A DNA stretch of 64,000 nt from Octopus vulgaris. Its lineage: Eukaryota. Below the pieces are notes generated by a model that ran no database searches, was not told the DNA's origin, and saw only the letters and a list, made by a program, of their open reading frames with translations. The translations under genes and the position numbers were made by a program. This document shows, piece by piece, positions 53,940 to 64,000 of the stretch (the stretch's first letter is position 1; each line of letters starts with the position of its first letter). The stretch is from the NCBI GenBank assembly GCA_951406725.2, contig OX597823.1:45880001-45944000 (forward strand). The letters are read 5' to 3'.

Positions 53940-54517
53940 GGTGGAGAGCTGGCAGAATCGTTAGCACGCCGGGCGAAATGCGTAGCCGTATTTCTTCTGC
54001 CGTTACGTTCTGAGTTCAAATTCCGCCGTGGTCGACTTTGCATTTCATCCTTTCCGGGTCGATAAATTAAGTACCAGTGAAATTCTGGAGTCGATATAAT
54101 CGACTTAATCCGTTTGTCTGTCCTTGTTTGTCCTCTCTGTGTTTCGCCCCTTGTGGGTAGTAAAGAAATAGGCATTTCGTCTGCCGCTACGTTCTGAGTT
54201 TAAATTCCGCAGAGGTCGACTTTGCCTTTCATACTTTCGGGGTCGCTTAAATAAATACCAGTTACGCACTGGGGTCGATACAATCGACTTAATCCGTGTG
54301 TCTGTCCTTGTTTGTCCTCTGTGTGTTTAACCCCTTGTGGGTAGTTATGAAACAGGTATTTCGTCTGCCGCTACGTTCTCAGTTCAAATTCCGCCAAAGT
54401 CGACTTCGCCTTTCATCCTTTCGAGGTCGATTAAATAAGTAACACTTACGTAGTAGGTTCGATTTAATCGACTTAATCCCCTCCTCCAAGCTGCCTTCGT
54501 GACAAAATCTTGAAATC
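53940..54517 (+). mobile_element. Full-length family-B tRNA-derived SINE with three tandem ~184-bp internal units
   Basis: Head GGTGGAGAGCTGGCAGAATCGTTAGCACGCCGGGCG. Units start at about 53989, 54173 and 54357, each with GAGTTCAAATTCCGCC..GTCGACTTTGCCTTTCATCCTTTCGGGGTCGAT..AAGTACCAG. Confidence 0.9.
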
Positions 54518-56069
54518 ATTATTATTGGCATATCACAATATCATTATTATAATTGGCATATCTCAATATTTATTAGAAAAACTTTAGAAATAATTAAAAA
54601 GTGAAATATTCCACGTATTGTACAATCAAGTATGCAAAAGAAAAATAAATTATTCCAATAATGAATGTATTATATACATACATATCTACATACATATACA
54701 GGAATTGCAGAAAATATTTGAAATGCCTTGTTAAAGTGAAGTTTCATTATAATTATTGTTGTTGTTGTTGTGTTCCCGTTCTGAGTTCAAATTCCACCCA
54801 GATCTGCTTTGCTTTTCATCCTTTTGGTGTTGGTATGATAAATGCCAGTTGAACATTGAGGTTGATATAATCGACTTACCCCTCCCCCGAATTTACTGGC
54901 CTTGTGCCATAATTTGAAATCCTTATTATTACTGCTGCTGTTGTTTTTCTTGTTAGCCATGAAGGCCAAAATGCTAGAAAGAAAACAACAAGGGAAAGGT
55001 GAAATAAATAGAAACTATCGTTAATAAGAAAATTTCAAAACGAAATAGGTCACCTAATGGAAATCTGTCAAAAAAATCTTTGATTTAATTTTTCATCAGA
55101 AAAAAGTATTCGAACTGTTCTGGTCAATGTTGAAAATTCTTCTCATACGATCGTCGTTTATATACTCTACGAATCTTCTATGTAATTGAAAGGATATTGT
55201 GTTGTTTATCGCTCTTGTGTTTGGCCTTGACCATTAAAAATATTTTGACGTGTCACTGAAACTTACTGGATTACAGGTCGACTGGTTTCCACATTGACAA
55301 TAAAAATAACAGGTTGTTTCAAGACCACAATTACAACCATTATTTTACTTCTGTTGTTATTGTTGCGGAGTCCTTGTCACTAATCTACTACTATTTCAAC
55401 CACCATCCGTGCTATTAATAGCACCAGCGACAGAATTTCCGGTGTGAAACTGGAATTATATATACATTATTCTGAATAATTACAGAAAATCACCTATTGA
55501 TTTTGTTAACACCTTTTGCCTCTCCGAAAACAATTTTCTTTTTTTTTTTTGTGAGAGAGATATAATTTTCTTTTAACTGTAGTCATATCCGGACCACAGC
55601 TGATATGGTACCTAATCTTTTAACTAATAATACACTGGTCAATGCTATAATTAATCATAATTATCCTATTACTCAGTAATACCTATGCAGACTATATTTG
55701 TTTCCGTATTTCTGTAAATACATATATAATGGATAAATAAATAACATTGGGGGAACAAAGATGGCAGAAAAGAAGGAAACAAAGGCTCCATCGTAAAAGA
55801 AATTGGAAAGAATTACGCATACAGACAAAGATATAAGGAAGATATCATTACTTGGCATTTCGCAATATTTATAAGAAAAACTTTAGAAATAATTAAAAAG
55901 TGAAATATTCCACGTATGGGAAAGACATAGTACTGCACTAGATTGTTCAATCAGGTATGTAAAAGAAAAATGAATTATTCCAATAGTGAATGCATTACAT
56001 ACATACATATCTACAGGAATTGCACAAAATAATTGAAATACCTTGTTAAAGTGAAGTTTCATTATTTAA

Positions 56070-56980
56070 TGCGGAGTTAGTCGGTTTTTGGTACCAGTCA
56101 CAACCTTAATAGGTTGAAAATTGATTCCTACAGGGTCCAAATATTCGTTAGAGTAATTTTCAGTCATTTTAAAGTAAAACCTGCTTTAGCAGGAAGTGGT
56201 TCCTCATTTGCTGCTACAAAATGGCCAGTAAATATTTGATTATATTGAGATCCGATGATGGGGCAATCCATGCGTCCTAGTTCGCTGTTCCGCTCTTCGT
56301 CACCATTTTTAATAATATTAGCTATGTGAATCGGTGCATTATTGTCCTAGAAGATTGCACAAATATCAGGTACCAACGTTTGTACGAGATAATGAGCATG
56401 ATCAGCAATATGCGTCATCTCTACCATGTAGAACAACTAAAAGCCCAAGTAAATTCAATGATATTGTTGTCCAGAGAAACCTCCATGTTCCACAGTACAG
56501 GCTGAACAGTCAGAGTTGAAAGTCTTTGGGCTGTTTCCAGATATAAACTCACTTCGAAGTGGAAAAATGATTCATCAGAGGTTACATTGTTCCGTTGAGC
56601 CATTGACCCCTTCGGATTGTCTACACACCATTCTTTCCGTTTATGAAGGACAGGAGGAATTTAGAAATTGCAAAACTTTCATGGTATCTATCTCTATGAA
56701 GTTCATGGGGAATAACTCTAGTGGACACAGGGTTGGCAAGTTGGTGGCTTAACTTTGCAGCCGTAGTCTAATTGGTTTTGAGATCAATATTCTGCAGTCC
56801 TTACTTGTGAGTTTTACCCTCAGTCCTGAATCATGCTTGCTAGAACGGGTTTTACCTTCTTTTTGGAATGTCAGCATGATTTTAGAAACAGTAACTCTGA
56901 AAATTCAGCAGTTCTGGTGACTGAAACTCCAGCCATCCGCGCTCCAACAATTTTTCCCCTGTAGAAATCAGATGGGTCAT
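56070..56980 (-). mobile_element. Decayed Tc1-like transposase
   Basis: LSDFYRGKIVGARMAGVSVTRTAE; TVSKIMLTFQKEGKT..SGLRVKLT; TSDESFF; F*DNNAPIH; SSDLNIIKYL. Confidence 0.75.
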
Positions 56981-57972
56981 GTGTGAGCCTAAAATTTTGT
57001 TCATTGTTTTATCTCCTGTGAGAGTGGGTAGATTTGGGATGATAATGTTGAAGGCTTCATTGTTTCTCGGGTTATGTGTGGGGATGTATGGAAGTATTTT
57101 AAAGTCTGGTGTAGTATTTTGGTTAACTTCCCTAATGTTTGCATGTCTATTTCCTTTACTCGTTTAATCCCAGCATCTATTAGTGATGTTGGGTAATGTC
57201 TCTTGATTAGTATTGATCTGAGTTAAAGGAGTCATCGTTCACGAGTATTGGTGTGAGAAACTATGATACAGATTATTTTCGCTAGATTATAAAGTAGATG
57301 AATTTTTATGTGCTTGGGGTGGCATGAGTTCAATAATAGGAATTGTTTTGGACCTGTGGGTTTATAGAAGACGTCCGTTTCGATTTAGTTATTGACTATT
57401 TTAATTAGGATGTCAAGAAAAGAGAGTTGTTTATTGCTGTGTTCCATGGTGAATTGTATGTTGCTATTGATATTGTTTTGCATTATTTTGAAATCGAGGA
57501 GTTTGTCCATGCTGTCTTTCCAAAGTATAAAGCAATCATCTAAATACTTCTCCCAGTTCTCCTTTAAATAACAACGAAATGAGGTGCCATATTCTTGTAG
57601 TGATGATTGGTATATTTTAAGTTCTAGATAGTCCATTACAAGGTTCGCAATTGCTGGGGCAGCTCGGGTTCCCATTGCAATTCCACATTATTGTCGATAG
57701 TAAATTGTATCGAACATGAAATAGTTGTTCAGTAGGATATTTTTCAGTGCTGCGATTATGAATCTGTGGTTGATGCGTCCTGGAATCTCTTCTGGTTATT
57801 TTTCTAGCCAGAAGGTGATTGCTGCTTCTATACCATAATAGTGTGGGATATTGGTGTACAAGTTCACCACATCGAATGATACTAACAGGATTCCGTCATT
57901 TATTGTCTTCGAGAGGTGGTTAAGTAGGTCTAAATCATCCCTGATGAAGCTTTTCACATATTCTAGAAATGA
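56980..57972 (-). mobile_element. Penelope-like element (Neptune-type), RT fragment
   Basis: VKSFIRDDLDLLNHL..ILLVSFDVVNLYTNIPH; GIAMGTRAAPAIANLVM; KYLDDCFILW; IQFTMEHS..LSFLDILI; TDVFYKPT..LLNSCHPKH. Confidence 0.92.
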
Positions 57973-57973
57973 T

Positions 57974-58900
57974 TTTAACTCAGATCAATACTAATCAAGA
58001 GACATTACCCAACATCGTTAATAAATGATGGGATTAAACGAGCAAAGGAAATAGACATACGAACATTAATTAATTCCCATACATCTCTACACATAACTCG
58101 AGAAACAATGAAGCCTTCAACATTATCATCCAAAGTCTACATACTCTCACAGGAGATAAAACAATGAACAAAATTTTAGGCTCACACAAAATTATCAAGA
58201 GCAAAATGCTACCGAAATCATTGAAAAAAATATTAAGCAAGGCAAGACTATATCCATTAACAACGGGACTAAAAGCGAAAAAATGCGGTCGGCCTAACTG
58301 TGACATACGCCCCCACCTTTTGGAGGGTACAGAGTTCCACTTTAAACAAGGAGAAATATTTAAGATTAAATCAAATTTCACCTGTGCCTCGGAAAACCTA
58401 ATCTATGCTATTACCAGCTTAGGGTGCGGTAATCAACATATTGTCCAAACGGGAATATCACTTCGTCGAAGAACCACTCTTCACAAAGAACAAATCGGCC
58501 ACAGATACAGGTCAGTGAATACATAGAAAGGTGTGCTAGGAGCCTTAATCCTAACTTCCTAATTTCCCCTTCCATCAATGTTCACAGAACACCTCACTAC
58601 AGCAAAGAGGCAACTTTCCTCAATTAATTTCATCACAACTTAAAATAAACGCAAAACATAATATAGAACACTACTAACATTACCAATAATACCACTAGCT
58701 CCTATAAACCCCATACACCATTCATATTACAGTATCATATCTACCCTAACTGCACCACGTCCAGAATGTCTAACCTCCTTTACACTCAGGGACTAGTAGA
58801 CTCAACACCATTTGGTAATCCGTGCGCATTCAAAGCCAGTGAACAGCAACTGACGATACCAGTATAACTTTGAACGTCTTTAACAATTCACAACAATGAC
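57974..58900 (+). mobile_element. Same Neptune-type element in the opposite orientation: linker, Zn-finger/GIY-YIG, 3' region
   Basis: KSLKKILSKA..KKCGRPNCDIRPHL..FKIKSNFTCASENLIYAITSLGCGNQHIVQTGISLRRRTTLHKEQI. The first ~215 bp are an inverted copy of 56980-57227. Confidence 0.88.
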
Positions 58901-59635
58901 TTTTATTCCTTTTAACTCTACCTCAGCTAATCTAATTGTATATATTTATCGTTACTTTTCATAAAAATCCTGTATTTGTTTTTAATATCCAATGTGCAGT
59001 TTCGCTTTTTCCTCTTACTTTCCCCACATCTTTTCCATGTGTAGTTTCAATTTTCTTTTTGAAACTTATATCTATTTTATATATATATATATATAAGTGA
59101 ATATATGTTTGCATGCATTGGTGTGTGTGCGTGTGTGTGAGAGATACATGTGGACCACTGACTGAATGATTAATCTGAATAAGGTGTTGTATTAACTCAA
59201 AGGGATGCTCGAGCTTTGTTTGCTAACTAGTACATCTATAAACGTGTGTATCTGTGAGTGTGTACCTGTTCTCTATTGATATTTAACAAGTGATATTTTT
59301 TTATTACTAAATAATATTTTTATATCCTCTGGTGTAGTGGTATCATGCGTTTCCCTAACAATGGTAAATATATATACATACATACAGACAGACAGACACT
59401 TACACACATAATTATATATGAATCATTTAATAAACACAGTTTAAATGGGAACTAATCAAGAAATAAATTTCTTGAGACTCATAGCAGTTCACATGTAAAT
59501 CGTGTTTTTATTAAGTCCTATTCATCTCTCGCTGGATTGAGAAATTAGTTTCTCTTTATCCTACTAGTAACGGAACATTAGCCACACACATGCGTGTGTG
59601 TGTTAATGTATGTGTGTACGTATGCATGTATATGT

Positions 59636-59676
<41 letters not shown>

Positions 59677-60754
59677 ATGTATATATAGGATTTTTTTAAT
59701 GTTTTATCAGTAGCAGCAGATAAAAGGGAATCGACTAAGGTGAAATGATATGTATAATTATAATAAGGGCTTAGAAATAAATTTTCTAGCCTATATGTTG
59801 AGAAATAAACGCTAAATTATATAAGTATATATATATTAATTAATTAATTATAGTATAATATATTTTCCATTAATGATAATGTCAATAGAAACAAGGACAT
59901 TGATATAGATTAAATGCTGAGACCTTAGTAGTCAATTTGTAGTTTGTAGTTCCAAATCATTGAGAACAACCATATTTGGTTGTTTAATGCCAGCACTTTA
60001 AAGGGGGACGGTGTATGTGATTTATGACTTGCTCAAAAACTTTGGCGACTCAGCCCAAAATTGAACTTGAGTAGTAAAATCGGTTTATTCCGCGAATAAC
60101 ACCATCTTATAAAAGAAGATCACTGGTGTACTAGTTCAAACTTCATTTGGGACTTAATAGCAAGATAACTAAAACTATTATATTCCTTAGAAAGTTTGGT
60201 TGTGTATAGCGAAGATCTATAATGAAATGTCAGTGTAATGCAGATTTTAATGATTCTGTTTCACGATGTGAGAAACTTCTCTCAGACTTTTTGGTTTTTG
60301 TTTATTTTAATGAAGGGGATTTGCGAAAAAAGTAGGTAATAGCAATTTGAATGAGGATGAAAAAAAAAACACCACCAGTTCGTGATGAGATTTAACATGT
60401 TAAAGTGTCGCAAGAAACGTTCAGACAAGTATTTCGCTAGCAGCTGTCTTTATGACATTTTCGGGTGACATTTGAATAGGACATTTCTAGTGATATTTAT
60501 CAACAGAAATGTTTGGAATTTTACTCTAATAATTGTATACAATGTTCAGAATGGAATATAAGAAAACCAAAACATCTTTACTTCAGGTATTACCTTTGTA
60601 AAAATAGCAGAAATGTCACTGAAGATATTTCATTCACACAAATAGGGATTTTATATTTTATCTAAACAATGTAAATTATTCTGTAAATAAACCCATTCAC
60701 ATTCTATGAAAGAGGGAAATAAATGCATAAATTAAACCTAAATATGTTGGACGA

Positions 60755-61073
60755 CGCGTGGTTCAGTAGTTAGGGATATTCAGTTTTGGAGCGTAAGGCC
60801 GCGTGTTCGAAAACTGGCGGCACGCTGTGACCTTGAACAAGTCAGGTTATTTCACATTGTTGCAGTCCACTCAGCTGGCAAAAAATATAATTCAAAAGGG
60901 GGTGTCACAAAGATGTAATTTAAAAGGGTTATACTGAATCTCCCTGAGAACTACGCCAAGGGTACGTTTATCTGCGGAGTTCTCAGCCAATCGCTCTTTA
61001 ATTTCACGAGTTAGCTGTTCCGCCGGTCGAATAAACTGGAACTCCACGCCGTCATAACTGACGGAGTGCCGGT
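60755..61073 (+). mobile_element. Decayed tRNA-derived CORE-like SINE
   Basis: GCGTGGTTCAGTAGTTAGG (A box), GTTCGAAAAC (B box), CTGTGACCTTGAACAAGTCAGGTTATTTCACATTGTTGCAGTCCACTCAGCTG core. Confidence 0.7.
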
Positions 61074-61234
61074 TATGTTGGTACACATGTAGCATAAATA
61101 TTGTCTGAGAGGAAATTTACGTAGAAAGAAATTATAGTTGCACATTGATATGAAATAAAGATTGAAACGTTGCATCTGATGCTTATCACAAAGATATCAA
61201 ATTAAATAAAAGCGAAATGACTCAAAGCTAGAAT

Positions 61235-62110
61235 GGAAATCTTTTCTAGAGAGATTTTCACTTATTTAAAATATCATTTATGGATATAAAGGCAATGGAT
61301 ATGTAGAAAGCCGATATGGTGCTAAATAAAGAATCGAACAAAATGGTATCTGATGTTTCTTACGAACTTTTATGTTTTGAGTTCAAATCTCGCAAACGTT
61401 AATTTTCTCATTCTATCATTCCGGAACCGATAAAGTAAAATTCCAATCAAGTACTGGCGAAATGACTGTAAGTTAGAATTGAAATCCTTTCAAGAGAGCT
61501 TTCCATTTATTTAAAATATTATTTGCTATAAAGGCGTTGGATATGTAGAAAGCCGATATAATGCTGAATAAAGAGTCAAGCAAAATGTTATCTAATATCT
61601 CTTTTGAACGTTTATGTTTTGAGTTAAAATCTCGCAAATGTTAATTTCTCATTGTCTTCTTCCGAGACCGATAAAACAAAATTTCAGTCAAGTACTGGCG
61701 ACAGTTTAATCAACCAGCACCTTTTACCTTAAATTTTTGGTCTTGTGCCTAAATTAGAAAATATTCAAAGTTGATACATTGGTAGAATCATTAGAATGTG
61801 AAATAAAATGCCCCGTGCTATTTCTTCCGGTTCTTTATGTTCTACGTTCAAATCTGTTGAGGTCAACTTTGCCATTCATACCTCGAAGTCTATAAAGCAC
61901 CAGACAACTACTGGGTCAGTGTAATCGAATAATATCCTTACTCAAATTTTAGGCCTATGTTAGAAACTCATATTATTTAAAGTGCATTGAATTGGAAAAC
62001 TCTTTAAAGTGAGAGTCAGAGAGAATAGAATAAAGTATCTGTTACAACTCTCTCTTTACATTCCGAGTTTAAATTCCGTGGAAGTTACTTTCATACTTCA
62101 CCCTTCAGTG
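61235..62110 (+). repeat. Head-to-tail array of very old family-B SINE copies, including a ~245-bp local tandem duplication
   Basis: 61235-61460 and about 61481-61701 share flank and SINE sequence (taaaggc..ggatatgtagaaagccgatat..tcaagtactggcga). Further relics at about 61780-61970 and 62010-62110. Confidence 0.7.
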
Positions 62111-62158
62111 TTTGATACACACACACACACACGCACACACACACACACACACGTATAT

Positions 62159-62235
<77 letters not shown>

Positions 62236-62247
62236 GAGAGAGATATT

Positions 62248-63468
62248 ACAGAAGTAAATAGACACCTTTATAATCGTTAAAATTTACTTAAATCTTAAAT
62301 GATACATTCTAATTACTTATTATTATAATGTGAATATCTAATATTTAGTAAACATGCCCTTAGCATTTTTCAGTGCAAGGAACCTATTAGGCATGCTACT
62401 GATCAGATGACGAATATTCTCTAAACGAATTTCATGCCATGTTTCATGCAGCAATCTCAAAAAATCTGGATTTGAGGATGCTTTCTTGTTCTTTTTACCA
62501 AGTATCCTGTCCATTATGCCCCAGAGGTGTTCAATAAGGTTCATATCTGGTGACTGGCTTGGCCATGAAAGCTTACTAATGCCATCTCCTCCAACCAATC
62601 ATGGGTCTTTTTTGCTGTATGACAAAGAGCTCCATCTTCAATAAATAGAAAGTCTTTTTTAACCATTTCACCACTGGAAAAGATTGGAAGGAATCCTTTC
62701 TGCAATATGGACACATTTATCTGAGTTTATCTCTCCCTCACACTCCAGTAGCTCTGATTGAGCGTTTCTCCAAACTTTTCCCCAGACCATCACAAAACAG
62801 CCACCATATTTCATTGTTGGCTGCAACCTTTTCACATCAATTTCTTGATCACTAAGTCTCCAAACCCCCATTCGACCACTGTCAGAATATAAAACAAATC
62901 TGGACTCATCAGAGAATATGACAGTGTCCCAAAATGCTAGTGACTCGCCATCATCACACTGGCTCAATCTGTTCTCTGCTTCATATTGGCTGGTTGAAGA
63001 AGTAGCTTCATTCTTGATGCTCTGCCACAGTAGCCAAGTTTGTGAAGATACCTGATAGCTGTTCTGAGACTGACATCAACATGTTTTCTTATGCCAGAAG
63101 CTTTGCAACGGGGTTATCCTCCACACTTCTCTAAACAAAACGAAGGGTCTGTCAGAGGGCCCCAGTAGACCTGGGTAATGTGGACTCCTTTCCCTCTCTG
63201 GAGAATTGCACAATCACACTATAAAATTTAGAAAGTGGTATCCCTATATTTTCTGCGATTTTACGTTGACTAAGTCCACCTTCAGATTGACCCACAATAC
63301 GGCCTCTCTGGAATTCGGACAGTTTCAAAGCTTCTTTTGTACATGGCATGATTAAGCAGTCACATCTAGAAGCTGAAACATAAAAATGTCAATTAATAAA
63401 AAATATAAACCTTTTCAAGCTAAAATGAATATAAAACGATGTTTTATGAGGTGTTTATTTACTTCTGT
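62248..63468 (-). mobile_element. Near full-length Tc1 (DD34E-type) transposon, pseudogenised
   Basis: TIRs ACAGAAGTAAATAGACACCT and, reverse-complemented, ACAGAAGTAAATAAACACCT. Transposase [68 protein letters not shown]. Confidence 0.93.
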
Positions 63469-64000
63469 CATGTGTGTGTATATCTGAGATCATTTGCCTT
63501 CCTACTTACCTATAACGTGGTTAATACAGACTTGAAAACTCTTCTTGTAAGATAAGGAGTAAGAAACTCAGGAAATATTTGAGAAGGAATGCGAACAAGC
63601 AAGAAAGAAAAAGAGAGACAGAGCGAAAGGTAAAAGAAGATGTGAGAGAGAGAGAGAGAAGTGAGATGGAGAAGGATTAAAAGAAATCGACTAGTTCATA
63701 TCCTATTGCACGGACCGCCATCAACCAAGTTTTCCTAATTGTTTGATACAACTGATACCAGTAAATCTTGCATGTGCCATTGAAGAAAGCTGATCATCCA
63801 TGATGTGATATTTGCAACGTAATGTCTCCATGTAATATCTATTTTGCACGTGTACGTTTAGACATAAGTATTTATTTATATATACACCTGTGTATATGAA
63901 TATTTTTATATGCATAACTATGTGTATTTATGCATATTTATAAAAGCATATACTTACCCATCACTTATGCGAGTGCATAGACGTACACGCACATATAACA

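Noticed and set aside
53989-54480. Regularly spaced repeats resembling a CRISPR array
   Set aside because: Whole ~184-bp units repeat with no unique spacers; SINE-internal, eukaryotic context, no cas genes.
58849-58880. CTGACGA in the 3' region of the Neptune-type element
   Set aside because: No properly placed GAAA or stem III follows.

Overview
This is an AT-rich eukaryotic (non-prokaryotic) window made almost entirely of microsatellites and transposon debris. The mix of tRNA-derived SINEs, (TAA)n-targeted R4/Dong LINEs, Penelope-like elements and Tc1/mariners is typical of octopus intronic or intergenic DNA; the species is my inference from repeat style. No host protein-coding gene can be supported, and most listed ORFs are translated microsatellites. 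Recognisable content: about ten R4/Dong (RLE-type) LINE fragments in (TAA)n tracts; Penelope-like elements of three types (Penelope/Poseidon-like, Neptune-like, and a Naiad-like copy split by a Helitron and a SINE); an internally deleted Tx1/L1; CR1/L2-like relics; five Tc1/mariner/maT copies; a complete non-autonomous Helitron; and three SINE families. The most interesting signals are (i) several type-I hammerhead-ribozyme motifs, three with 75-85 nt inserted in stem II, in short modules next to dinucleotide tracts, (ii) a 324-bp mini-Dong with an open reading frame and hairpins, and (iii) a non-coding ~570-bp (TAA)n-targeted retroposon present three times. Coordinates were read by eye and are approximate to a few bases, more for decayed elements.
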